Source: an uncultured Treponema sp.
Lineage (GTDB): Bacteria; Spirochaetota; Spirochaetia; Treponematales; Treponemataceae
DNA: 50,385 bases
Direction: 5' to 3'
NCBI GenBank assembly: GCA_964560975.1
Contig: CAZLNE010000001.1
Span: 5,545 to 55,929, forward strand
Shown: positions 1 through 8,217 of the stretch, in pieces
How the letters are laid out: each line of letters begins with the position of its first letter
Numbering within the stretch: the stretch's first letter is position 1
Notes under the pieces: generated by a model
Database searches by the model: none
What the model was told of the DNA's origin: nothing
Seen by the model: the letters and a program-made list of their open reading frames with translations, nothing else
Program-made: the position numbers and the translations under genes

Positions 1-1449
1 TAGGTTAATTTCCATATTACCTGTTCCCTTAAACTCTTCGAAAATAACTTCGTCCATACGGCTTCCTGTTTCAATCAACGCAGTTGATATGATAGTTAAG
101 CTTCCGCCCTCTTCAACATTTCGTGCAGCACCAAAAAATCTCTTTGGTTTGTGCAGGGCATTAGAATCAACACCGCCTGACAATACCTTACCAGATGTAG
201 GAACAGTCTGATTATATGCACGTGCAAGCCTTGTAATTGAATCAAGGAAGATAACAACATCCATCTTATGTTCAACAAGGCGTTTTGCTTTTTCCAATAC
301 CATTTCTGCTACCTGTACGTGGCGCGTTGCCTGCTCATCGAAGGTTGAAGAAATAACCTCAGCATTGATCGAACGCTCCATCTCAGTAACTTCTTCAGGA
401 CGTTCATCTATCAACAATACTATTAAATAGACTTCCGGATGGTTCTTTGTTATTGCGTTTGCAATTCTCTGCATTAAAATTGTTTTACCGGCCTTTGGAG
501 GAGCAACAATGAGGGCTCGCTGCCCCTTACCAATCGGAGAAAATAGATTCATTATTCTTGTTGATAATTCTTCAGTATTGGTTTCAAGATTAAGTTTCTC
601 ATCAGGATATAAAGGTGTTAAATTTTCAAAAGGAATTCTTGTCTGAGCAGCACGAGTGTCACCCATGTTGACGGTTTCTATCCGTAATAATGCAAAAAAC
701 CTTTCACCCTCTTTCGGAGAACGTATCTGTCCGTAAATTGTATCGCCTGTTTTTAAATTAAAAAGCCTAATCTGACTTGGAGAAATATAAATATCATCAG
801 GACCGGGAAGGTAGCTGTTTTGAGGAGATCTAAGAAATCCATATCCATCAGGCAGAATTTCCAAGGCTCCCGAGGCAAAAATAATGCCGCCATGCTCTGT
901 ATGAGCTTTAAGAATAACAAAGATCAGCTCCTGCTTTTTCATGGGTGCAAGATCATCACGTGATATACCGTATCTTCCAGCTAAGTCTCGAAGATCATGC
1001 ATACCCATCTTTGTTAAATCATTTATGCTTAACCTAGGCTTTGAGTCACGATTTTGTGTTTCCTCTTCTGTTCCTGTATCTGTCTGGTCGGAAAAAGGAA
1101 TAGAGCTTTGCGGATTAAGTGAACCGGTAGGATTATTAAAACCGCCCTTAGGTGAATCAGGGCGATGGTTGATTCTTTTTTTAATTTTTGGCCGAACAAC
1201 AACCCTTTCTCTAGAGTTTCTTTTTCTTACTTCATTATTATCTGAGTTTACAGACTCATTTTCGCTTTCTTCATTTTTTTCACAGTCCTCGGTTCTTTCA
1301 TAATAAGGAATATCATCAGTCCCCAGTGTTTCAATTTTAGAATCGATTTCAGATTCCAATTTTAAATCCAGCTGTTCCTGATCATCAGATTCCAACGAAG
1401 CTGAAACCTCAGACGTGTCAACAAACCGGCGTCGCTTAATCGGTGCCAT
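1..1449 (-). CDS. rho: Transcription termination factor Rho. The C-terminal end runs off the left window edge. It carries a low-complexity N-terminal extension of about 140 aa.
   Basis: It is absent from the ORF track because no stop codon lies in the window. My reverse-strand translation from ATG 1449 (SD GGAGAA 4 nt upstream) gives [15 protein letters not shown]... It then reads ...[23 protein letters not shown] (Rho N-terminal domain) and [20 protein letters not shown] (P-loop). At the window edge it reads [20 protein letters not shown]. The frame is intact over 483 codons. Confidence 0.93.
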   Translation of the reverse strand, partial: MAPIKRRRFVDTSEVSASLESDDQEQLDLKLESEIDSKIETLGTDDIPYYERTEDCEKNEESENESVNSDNNEVRKRNSRERVVVRPKIKKRINHRPDSPKGGFNNPTGSLNPQSSIPFSDQTDTGTEEETQNRDSKPRLSINDLTKMGMHDLRDLAGRYGISRDDLAPMKKQELIFVILKAHTEHGGIIFASGALEILPDGYGFLRSPQNSYLPGPDDIYISPSQIRLFNLKTGDTIYGQIRSPKEGERFFALLRIETVNMGDTRAAQTRIPFENLTPLYPDEKLNLETNTEELSTRIMNLFSPIGKGQRALIVAPPKAGKTILMQRIANAITKNHPEVYLIVLLIDERPEEVTEMERSINAEVISSTFDEQATRHVQVAEMVLEKAKRLVEHKMDVVIFLDSITRLARAYNQTVPTSGKVLSGGVDSNALHKPKRFFGAARNVEEGGSLTIISTALIETGSRMDEVIFEEFKGTGNMEINL

Positions 1450-1526
1450 TAAATTCTCCATGTAGATTGATTGTTTCTATTTAAAAAGATAATTTCTTTG
1501 AATTGCTTATAAGAATTAATAGTATA

Positions 1527-1556
1527 ATTATACTGTGTAGTATTATAAACTGTCAA
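1527..1556 (-). promoter_or_regulatory. Putative sigma70-type promoter for rho
   Basis: The minus strand reads TTGACA (1556-1551), an 18-nt spacer, then TATAAT (1532-1527). This lies about 75 nt upstream of the rho ATG. The -10 box sits inside a perfect 14-bp palindrome AGTATAATTATACT (1521-1534). Confidence 0.5.
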
Positions 1557-1592
1557 GTAAAAGTCGATACTGTTCATTAAGATTTATTTTAC

Positions 1593-2000
1593 TTACGACA
1601 TTAAAGATTCTTTGTACTCTACAGTATTCATAGAAAACAAATCATTTTCATTAGGTGAATCAAGCATACTTACCTTACCCTGAAAATCAACATTATCTTC
1701 TATCCTTATTTTTCGTGCAGTAACATTTCCAATAATTCTACTGCCGCTTTTCATTTCTACCCTATCCTGGGCTTCTAAATTACCAGTAACTTGACCAGAA
1801 ACAATTATTGAGTGTGCTAATATAGAATCAACCGAACATTGAGCCTTTTTATCAACTTCCAAATTACCTTCTGCTTCTATTGTTCCATCAAATTTTCCTG
1901 TTATAACAAGTTCATCCTTAAACTGCATTATTCCAATAAATTGAGTCTCGCTTCCTAGCACTGTAACGTTTTTTGATTTTTGCTGAAAATTACGAGCCAT
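1593..2000 (-). CDS. Bactofilin-family polymer-forming cytoskeletal protein
   Basis: 135 aa with the repetitive beta-helix pattern typical of bactofilins (VITGKFDGTIEAEGNLEVD..., VSGQVTGNLEAQDRVEMKSGSRIIGNVTARKIRIEDNVDFQGKVSM). An SD-like AAGGCAGG lies upstream of the ATG. Confidence 0.85.
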   Translation of the reverse strand: MARNFQQKSKNVTVLGSETQFIGIMQFKDELVITGKFDGTIEAEGNLEVDKKAQCSVDSILAHSIIVSGQVTGNLEAQDRVEMKSGSRIIGNVTARKIRIEDNVDFQGKVSMLDSPNENDLFSMNTVEYKESLMS

Positions 2001-2012
2001 AAAAAACCTGCC

Positions 2013-3644
2013 TTACTTCTTTTTTTTCTTAGATGCTTGAATTATAGCACAAAGTATTGCTGCAGCATACCCGAATCCTGCAGCCCACACAAAAAATTTA
2101 CCAAGATAATCACCAAAGCGCGTGTAGAGAGTCTTGTTAGTATTTGTATTAATCGGAAAGGACCCGACCAAATATGTTTCTGCAAATGGTTCTATCATTG
2201 CGATGATCTTTCCATTGGGATCTATAATACAGGTTTGACCAGAGGCCGTTGCTCTCACTGTCGACACCCTATTCTCAACGGATCGAAAAATAGCCATCGA
2301 CAAATGCTGATACTGGCAAGCGAGGCTTTTCGACCATGCATCATTAGAAAGATTTACAATAGCCTGTGCCCCATTATTAACAAATCTTCTGCCTATATAG
2401 CCAAATGTATCTTCAAAACAAATTGGTGTACCAAATGAAAAGTCACCAAGGGTAAAAACCTCAGCCGTAGTACCCGGTTCCCACATATGAGTGTCGCCAT
2501 TGAGAAGCAGCTCATAAATTTTTGGAAAATACTTTTCATATGGGAAAAATTCTGTAAAGGGAACAAGATGCATTTTTAAGTATTTATCCGGCTTGGGAGG
2601 TAAAACATTTTCACCAGGCTTAAAGAGAAGTACTGCATTGTAATCAACAATATCGTAGGTACCGCTTCTGGTGTATCCATCAATACCGTAATCACTGCCA
2701 ATTACATGAGGAACACTCGCAGTGTCCAAGTATTCTAACAGTCTGTTAACCAGAGAAAATGTATCCTGGTTGTACCTATGCTTATAATGCCATTCAATTC
2801 GGGGTACAAATGCGGTTTCTGGCCATACAACAAAATCTAGATCCGGGTTATTGCTAATAGCATCATTTGATAGTTTGATTAAAGTACTTAAATCTCGCTT
2901 ATAAGCCTCATAGCCCCCTACCCAGGGGTCAGTATTTGTTTGAAGTAATGCAGCCTTTTTAGTTTCATACGCTGTGTAATCTTTTTGCACCACAAGCCCG
3001 TAGATAATTGCACTTACAAAAAAACAAGCCCATAGGGATATTGGGATGAAGGACTTTTTAAAAAAAGAAATAAAGTTAACAGCCTTAAAATCAGGTGTGT
3101 TCCCTTCAAAAGCGGGTACAAAAAAGGAAGATATCCATGCAGAAGGAAAGGTGATAAGTGCATTTAAAAGCCATACACCTCCAATATCAGCGCATTGTAT
3201 TAAAACTGTCCATCTCCAGTGTGTGTAGGCTGTTAAACCGTAGTGGAAGCCTGCAAACCCGGTTGTTTTAAGATACTCGTATGCACAAAGAACGAGCCAT
3301 TGTAAAAGCCATCCCCGTTTTTTTCCAAGAAGTGCGGCACCTTTTAAAAGCGGAAACACAATTAAAAATTGGAATCCATATAATGCTGATATTACACTTA
3401 TTCCCATTGGATGAAATGTTGCTAGCCAATAGGTAAACAAGCAATAACAGCCTACTCCGCACAAAAATCCATAAAGCCAGACGGTTTTCCAAGGAAGGCG
3501 TCTGACAAGTAGAAAAAGAGGGAGATAGATAAAATATGCGAGTATAGGCATACCTTGCACAGATAGTATATTTGGTTGTGATAAGGAAAATAATATAATT
3601 ATAAGAAATAATAGTGAAATATCAGTAAGAAGTTTTTTTACCAT
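2013..3644 (-). CDS. lnt: Apolipoprotein N-acyltransferase
   Basis: 543 aa with a multi-pass membrane N-terminal half and a C-terminal CN-hydrolase domain (VVWPETAF..., PICFEDTFGYIGRRFVNNGAQAIVNLSNDAWS). Confidence 0.9.
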   Translation of the reverse strand: MVKKLLTDISLLFLIIILFSLSQPNILSVQGMPILAYFIYLPLFLLVRRLPWKTVWLYGFLCGVGCYCLFTYWLATFHPMGISVISALYGFQFLIVFPLLKGAALLGKKRGWLLQWLVLCAYEYLKTTGFAGFHYGLTAYTHWRWTVLIQCADIGGVWLLNALITFPSAWISSFFVPAFEGNTPDFKAVNFISFFKKSFIPISLWACFFVSAIIYGLVVQKDYTAYETKKAALLQTNTDPWVGGYEAYKRDLSTLIKLSNDAISNNPDLDFVVWPETAFVPRIEWHYKHRYNQDTFSLVNRLLEYLDTASVPHVIGSDYGIDGYTRSGTYDIVDYNAVLLFKPGENVLPPKPDKYLKMHLVPFTEFFPYEKYFPKIYELLLNGDTHMWEPGTTAEVFTLGDFSFGTPICFEDTFGYIGRRFVNNGAQAIVNLSNDAWSKSLACQYQHLSMAIFRSVENRVSTVRATASGQTCIIDPNGKIIAMIEPFAETYLVGSFPINTNTNKTLYTRFGDYLGKFFVWAAGFGYAAAILCAIIQASKKKKK

Positions 3645-3656
3645 GAAAAAACCATA

Positions 3657-3974
3657 TTAGTCAGCATCTTTTATTTCAGGTAAGGACCATAATGCGTTTT
3701 TTAATTCCTGCCCAGATCTAAAGGCTGCCACATAATGCGGCTCAACAGATACATGTTCACCTGTTTTAGGATTTCTAGCAGAAGCCTTTCCTTTACGAAG
3801 ACGAAGCTCAAAAGTTCCAAAACCTCTAAGTTCAATGGTAGAAGATTGTTTTAATGAGTCTTTAATTTGTTCTAACAAGGATTCAATTACGGTTTGTACA
3901 ACTTTCTTATCACATTTTGTCTGTAAGTATACAGACTCAACTAGATCATATTTTGTAACTTTTTTTCCGGCCAT
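3657..3974 (-). CDS. HU/IHF-family DNA-binding protein (spirochete Hbb-like)
   Basis: Contains the motif LRGFGTFELRLRKGKASARNPKTGEHVSVEPHYVAAFRSGQELK. The ORF track starts at GTG 3980. ATG 3974 (MAGKK...) with GAGG 5 nt upstream is the more likely start. Confidence 0.88.
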   Translation of the reverse strand: MAGKKVTKYDLVESVYLQTKCDKKVVQTVIESLLEQIKDSLKQSSTIELRGFGTFELRLRKGKASARNPKTGEHVSVEPHYVAAFRSGQELKNALWSLPEIKDAD

Positions 3975-4082
3975 ATCCACCTCATAGAAACAGGACTATA
4001 CAGTATTTGTAAATAAAAATGGCTGCAGCCGGTATCCGCTTAGCTACATGTAATGGAACCCCGGTCTGCAACCCTCAATTAC

Positions 4083-4367
4083 TTATTTCGCTGCTGCAGC
4101 AACAAATGATGTGTTATATAGCTTCATCATTCGTGACTTTTTGCGCGAAACTGCATTCTTTGTCAAAATTCCTTTATTTGCTGCTGTATCCAGCTCTTTA
4201 ACAAGAATTTTGAGCTTTTCAGAAGCAAGAGTTGAATCTTTTGCGTGTACAGCTTCTACAAATTTCTTTGCACTTGTTCTTGTAGAACTTTTTACTGCTT
4301 TATTACGTAACCGACGATCTTCACTCTGCTTATGTCTTTTTTCCGCAGAAGATTTTTTTACTGCCAA
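4083..4367 (-). CDS. rpsT: 30S ribosomal protein S20
   Basis: Reads AVKKSSAEKRHKQSEDRRLRNKAVKSSTRT... The track ORF starts at TTG 4385. A second in-frame TTG at 4367 has GGGGG 6 nt upstream and gives the usual S20 N-terminus (M)AVKKS. The exact start is uncertain. Confidence 0.88.
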   Translation of the reverse strand: MAVKKSSAEKRHKQSEDRRLRNKAVKSSTRTSAKKFVEAVHAKDSTLASEKLKILVKELDTAANKGILTKNAVSRKKSRMMKLYNTSFVAAAAK

Positions 4368-4397
4368 AGGAGAACCCCCAAACAAAAACTGTTTAAT

Positions 4398-4426
4398 ATG
4401 TTACCAAACACAAAGGCATTAGTCAA
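4398..4426 (-). promoter_or_regulatory. Putative rpsT promoter
   Basis: The minus strand reads TTGACT (4426-4421), a 17-nt spacer, then TGG-TAACAT (extended -10, 4403-4398). Confidence 0.45.
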
Positions 4427-4459
4427 GTACCTTTAATTTCAATGTACATCATCAACTTA

Positions 4460-4488
4460 TTGACATCCGGACGGATATTGTATATTAT
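4460..4488 (+). promoter_or_regulatory. Putative sigma70-type promoter for the small zinc-ribbon gene
   Basis: TTGACA (4460-4465), a 17-nt spacer, then TATTAT (4483-4488). It diverges from the rpsT promoter. Confidence 0.55.
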
Positions 4489-4519
4489 TTTATGATAATT
4501 GAATTTCCGGAGGCTTAAT

Positions 4520-4690
4520 ATGGCAGGAGCCAGTAAAAACTCGCGTACAACCGTTACAACTCACAAGTTTCTTTGTTCATGCGGTGGTGAAGTTGTGATG
4601 AAAACATTATTTGAAAGCGGCAAACTTAAGAACGTTGCTGAATGTACAAAATGCAAGCGTCTAGAACGCCGTCCTAAGGACTTCAAATAA
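4520..4690 (+). CDS. Small (56 aa) zinc-ribbon protein of unknown function
   Basis: ATG 4520 has GGAGG 7 nt upstream (4509-4513). The track's TTG 4499 start overlaps that SD and is less likely. Cys pairs CSC...CTKC form a CxC-x22-CxxC knuckle arrangement. The gene has its own promoter and terminator. Confidence 0.6.
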   Translation: MAGASKNSRTTVTTHKFLCSCGGEVVMKTLFESGKLKNVAECTKCKRLERRPKDFK

Positions 4691-4707
4691 CATAGTTTCA
4701 CGCTATT

Positions 4708-4736
4708 AAAGCCGGTTATTTACCGGCTTTTTTTTA
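4708..4736 (+). terminator. Rho-independent terminator after the zinc-ribbon gene
   Basis: Stem AAAGCCGG (4708-4715), loop TTATTTA, stem CCGGCTTT (4723-4730), then a T-run to about 4735. Confidence 0.75.
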
Positions 4737-4746
4737 TACCTAAGCA

Positions 4747-5493
4747 TTAGCCGCTTCGCCATGCAGATAATTGCTCTTCTATAAGTATTTTTCCCTCATC
4801 TAAAATCCGAATTTGCTCAGTTTTTGTCCTAGGTGTATCATAAACCTTTAATACCTTAACTCTAAAGGCACCATCTTCCATTTTACGTAAAAAGGCTCCA
4901 AGAGTTGCAAATTTATATCCGCCATCGAGAGCTATAACAACAACAGGCATCGGTGCCTTATCGAGAATACGGCGGAATCCTGCAGCATAAAATTTACCGA
5001 CCGATCCATCCCGGCTTCTTGTTCCTTCAGGAAAGACCACAGGTATCCACCCTCTTTCAATAACTCTATGGGAAAAACTATCAAGAACTTTCATCATACT
5101 AGAAGGACTTCCTGAGCGAGGCATTAAGGCATGTTCTTGAGAGCGGAGTATTTCAGATACTACAGGAACATGTCTCTGAAGTTCTTCTTTTGCAACAAAA
5201 CGTAGAAGGCGTTCTTTAAAAAATTGAGAAAGCAAGGGTATATCTAAAATACTTTGATGATTACAAATTATTAAAAACTGGTCAGGTAAATTTTTAGTAT
5301 TATCTCTGTATTTAATACATCTAAATTTTTTATATACACTTAATAATGAAAATAAATTTGATGAACAGTAATCAGTAAGGAAGGTTGAAAACTTGGCACT
5401 TACTCTTTTACTAATAGGGTACATAAGTATGTTAAGTACCCCAAAAGGAACGAGTAAAACAATAATGCATGCAATGGTAAGTATTGAAGTCAT
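4747..5493 (-). CDS. plsC: 1-acyl-sn-glycerol-3-phosphate acyltransferase family protein
   Basis: HX4D motif NHQSILD, FPEGTRSRDG motif, and an N-terminal TM helix. The track start ATG 5589 overlaps the upstream helicase by 50 nt. The internal ATG 5493 (MTSILTIACIIV...) avoids the overlap. The start is uncertain. Confidence 0.82.
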   Translation of the reverse strand: MTSILTIACIIVLLVPFGVLNILMYPISKRVSAKFSTFLTDYCSSNLFSLLSVYKKFRCIKYRDNTKNLPDQFLIICNHQSILDIPLLSQFFKERLLRFVAKEELQRHVPVVSEILRSQEHALMPRSGSPSSMMKVLDSFSHRVIERGWIPVVFPEGTRSRDGSVGKFYAAGFRRILDKAPMPVVVIALDGGYKFATLGAFLRKMEDGAFRVKVLKVYDTPRTKTEQIRILDEGKILIEEQLSAWRSG

Positions 5494-5539
5494 AATTTTA
5501 TTATTGTATAGTACAACAAAAATATCCCTACTACAAGCC

Positions 5540-8017
5540 TTACGATAAAAATCTTTCAATTCTACTGTAAGTTTCCTGCATAGTTTCATAGCAGGTCTTT
5601 GTTTGAGGTATACTATCTAAAAAAAGTTTGCCATACATTTTAACTAAAATTCTTTTATCAAGCACTGTTACAACGCCCTTGTCGCTTCCCCGCCGTAAAA
5701 GACGGCCAAAACCCTGTCTGAACGATATAATTGCATCCGGCACACTTAATTCCATAAATGAATTTCCCCCTGCTCTTTCTAAGGCTTCACAGCGTGCAGC
5801 AAAAACAGGATCATTCGGGACGCAAAAAGGAAGTTTTATTATTATAACATGAGAAAGCGATTCCCCCGGAACATCAACACCTTCCCAAAACGAGGAAGTC
5901 GCAAAAAGTACGCTAGTAGTATCTTCTTTAAAAGCTTGCAATAGGCGGAAACGGTCATCCTCGCCTTGTTTTAAAACGGTAATACCATCCGATTGAAGAT
6001 TGAGCCGTGCATAGTCACATGCACTTCTTAGTGAATCATAGGAGGTAAAAAGTACGAGGGCTCGTCCAGAGGAAGCTTTAATATACTTTACGATTGCATC
6101 TTCGATTATCTGCTGAAATTGCGGACTGTCTGGAAGAGGAATATCTGTAGGTATTGCGAGCATAACATTGGTTTTGTACGAAAATGGAGATGGAAAATCT
6201 TCACACATAAGTCTTTCTTCATCAACTAGAGATGCTCCTGATCTTTTTAACCAAAATGAAAACGAAGCCGAAGTTTTTAAGGTTGCAGAAGTACAAACGA
6301 CTGTGGATAAGGGCTCAAAAACTCCCTTGTTCATAGTATGAGCTATAGAAAGGGGTGTTTGGACAAAAACAGGATACATGCTTTGTTTTCCGCCTGCATT
6401 TCCTTTAAAAGCAGAAGTAGAAAGCCTCTTTTTTTCAATCCAAAATATAGTATCCCGCCTTTCATCCCATTCATTAAAATTTTTACACAAGGATCCAGTA
6501 CTCTCAATTCGGCGAAGCACCTGCTTGGTTTCCCAGACTGCTGGTAATTCCTTGTCGTCTTCGTTTATGCCTTCAATTATCTTTCTAACTAAACCACAGA
6601 ACTCAGCAATTTTTTTTTGCAAAACGCGCAGCTTGCTAAGTACATCGGTAACCCTGCATACACTGGCATCATTAAGCCTAAAATTTGAATCATACCCCAT
6701 CATTTCTAAAGTTTTTTCTTCGAGGTCATCAAGAACATTTTTAATTTCTTCAATACCAGAAACCACTTCTCCGAGAGCGGTTCCCTCAGTCGAAAGTGGT
6801 TCAATGGTATATATTAATCCAGAAGAAGCCCCCCTTCTAGACCGGTAAAGCAAGTTCAGCTGTTTAATAATTTTATAGCGTGTAATAGTTTCAGAAAAAA
6901 AACTTGTTGCTGCGCTTTCTATACTATGAGCTTCATCAAAAATAAGTCGTCTAAAAGGAGGAAGCACTCCCGTTTCATCATAGCCAAGCCCGGCAAGTCT
7001 CGTCTCAATATCAGCAAAAAGCAGGTGATGATTTACAATTATAATATTTGCATCTGCAGCCTCTTTACGCAGCTGCATAACAAAGCATGTATCATGATAA
7101 ATACAGCGCATTCCCATACACGCATCCGATTCAGAATTAATACGCTGCCATACATTTTCAGAAGGTAAAAAACTAAGATCGGACTTATTACCGGTGGTAC
7201 TTGTATCTGCCCATTTTGATATGAGTTCAAGTTCATCTGCTTCATCAGAAAATAAATCCTTTTCCTGCTTTGCATCATGCAGTCTGCGCTTGCAAATAAA
7301 ATTCTGCCTTCCCTTTAAAAGTACCGTTTTAACATCCTTACCCGTTATTTTTTGAGCAAGCGGAATATCTTTTTCATACAGCTGTTGTTGAAGATTAATA
7401 GTTCCTGTAGATATAACGACTCTCTCTTTATTGTTTAAAGCCCAAAAAATGGATGGTATTAAATATGCAAAGGATTTACCAACACCAGTTCCTGCTTCAT
7501 AAATACCAATTGAATTCTTATTAAAACTAAGCGAGATGCTTTTTAATAATTCAATTTGAGAATCCCGCTGTTCGAAATATTCTGACTGCTTATCTAAGGG
7601 ACCGCCGGAACTGATATATAAAGACAATTCGTCTTCGTCAAGTTTTTGTGAAGGTTTGGCCTTTACAGGTTCTACGACAACGTACAAATCATTGACATCA
7701 TTGTTTATAATATAAAAACCTTGAGCACTTTGAGCAGCTTTTGAGGCAATAGCAAGATCTGCATCTGAGGGTTTTAGTCTGCCGGACGGGTGATTATGAA
7801 TTAAAACTTGAGCCATTGAGATCTCGAGAGGAACAACAGGAACGGCACTTTCGTGCCCGCGTGAATGTACAGATGCCTGTACTACGCACGAATGTGCATC
7901 GAGCCTTCCTGTAAAAAAAACCTCATTACCATGAGCATCTTTAATTTCATTCCTAAGAAAGAGAATTACTTCTTGTGAGAAACGTTCCTGTACATCCACC
8001 CTAACCCCAGAATACAA
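5540..8017 (-). CDS. dinG: RadC-type JAB/JAMM domain fused to a DinG/XPD-family (Rad3-like) ATP-dependent DNA helicase
   Basis: The N-terminus carries VLIHNHPSGRLKPSDAD, an intact HxHP-x6-S-xx-D JAMM motif. It is followed by Walker A GTGVGKSFAYLIPS and DEAH box FDEAHSIE. Four Cys (FICKRR, DACMG, MRCIY, DTCF) are positioned like the XPD Fe-S cluster. A helicase C-terminal domain follows. The start is either TTG 8017, which lies inside the tRNA terminator T-tract, or GTG 7999. Confidence 0.85.
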   Translation of the reverse strand: MYSGVRVDVQERFSQEVILFLRNEIKDAHGNEVFFTGRLDAHSCVVQASVHSRGHESAVPVVPLEISMAQVLIHNHPSGRLKPSDADLAIASKAAQSAQGFYIINNDVNDLYVVVEPVKAKPSQKLDEDELSLYISSGGPLDKQSEYFEQRDSQIELLKSISLSFNKNSIGIYEAGTGVGKSFAYLIPSIFWALNNKERVVISTGTINLQQQLYEKDIPLAQKITGKDVKTVLLKGRQNFICKRRLHDAKQEKDLFSDEADELELISKWADTSTTGNKSDLSFLPSENVWQRINSESDACMGMRCIYHDTCFVMQLRKEAADANIIIVNHHLLFADIETRLAGLGYDETGVLPPFRRLIFDEAHSIESAATSFFSETITRYKIIKQLNLLYRSRRGASSGLIYTIEPLSTEGTALGEVVSGIEEIKNVLDDLEEKTLEMMGYDSNFRLNDASVCRVTDVLSKLRVLQKKIAEFCGLVRKIIEGINEDDKELPAVWETKQVLRRIESTGSLCKNFNEWDERRDTIFWIEKKRLSTSAFKGNAGGKQSMYPVFVQTPLSIAHTMNKGVFEPLSTVVCTSATLKTSASFSFWLKRSGASLVDEERLMCEDFPSPFSYKTNVMLAIPTDIPLPDSPQFQQIIEDAIVKYIKASSGRALVLFTSYDSLRSACDYARLNLQSDGITVLKQGEDDRFRLLQAFKEDTTSVLFATSSFWEGVDVPGESLSHVIIIKLPFCVPNDPVFAARCEALERAGGNSFMELSVPDAIISFRQGFGRLLRRGSDKGVVTVLDKRILVKMYGKLFLDSIPQTKTCYETMQETYSRIERFLS

Positions 8018-8059
8018 AAAAAAAGACTGATTCTTAAGATAACTCTTAGAATCAGTCTT
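8016..8059 (-). terminator. Rho-independent terminator downstream of tRNA-Glu
   Basis: A 15-bp stem with one bulge: 8023-8038 pairs with 8045-8059, loop ATAACT. On the minus strand it is followed by a T9 run (plus-strand A-run 8016-8024). Confidence 0.7.
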
Positions 8060-8062
8060 TTA

Positions 8063-8134
8063 CATCTCCTAGGGGAATTGAACCCCTGTTGTCGGGATGA
8101 AAACCCGATGTCCTAACCACTAGACGAAGGAGAC
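8063..8134 (-). tRNA. tRNA-Glu (anticodon UUC), CCA not encoded
   Basis: The reverse complement is GTCTCCTTCGTCTAGTGGTTAGGACATCGGGTTTTCATCCCGACAACAGGGGTTCAATTCCCCTAGGAGATG. It folds as a 72-nt cloverleaf with a 7-bp acceptor stem, a 4-bp D stem, a 5-bp anticodon stem with loop TTTTCAT, and a 5-bp T stem with loop TTCAATT. The next bases are TA, not CCA. Confidence 0.93.
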
Positions 8135-8152
8135 ATCAACCTTACGTTCTGC

Positions 8153-8181
8153 AATATAACAAATTGAGAAAAAAATGTCAA
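8153..8181 (-). promoter_or_regulatory. Putative sigma70-type promoter for tRNA-Glu
   Basis: The minus strand reads TTGACA (8181-8176), a 17-nt spacer, then TATATT (8158-8153), about 18 nt upstream of the mature tRNA 5' end. Confidence 0.6.
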
Positions 8182-8217
8182 TATGCATCCAATAACTAAT
8201 TCTCGTAGTCAATAAAA

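Noticed and set aside
941-1303. 120-aa plus-strand ORF and other listed ORFs that overlap strong genes (for example 1980-2438, 47869-48408, 47045-47431, 6378-6848, 12224-12424)
   Set aside because: All of them overlap confidently assigned genes (rho, lnt, fliG/fliF, dinG, the amidase/ATP-grasp junction) in other frames or on the other strand. They lack SD sequences or recognisable domains and are most simply frame shadows.
1521-1534. Perfect 14-bp palindrome AGTATAATTATACT upstream of rho, considered as a repressor operator
   Set aside because: It is explained adequately as the rho -10 box, because TATAAT reads on both strands by symmetry. No related half-sites occur elsewhere in the window. 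It is noted in the promoter feature only.
4023-4032. GGCTGCAGCC perfect 10-bp palindrome between hbb-like and rpsT, considered as a terminator or operator
   Set aside because: It is a loop-less palindrome containing a PstI-type site, with no adjacent T-run and no second copy. That is not enough to call it a regulatory element.
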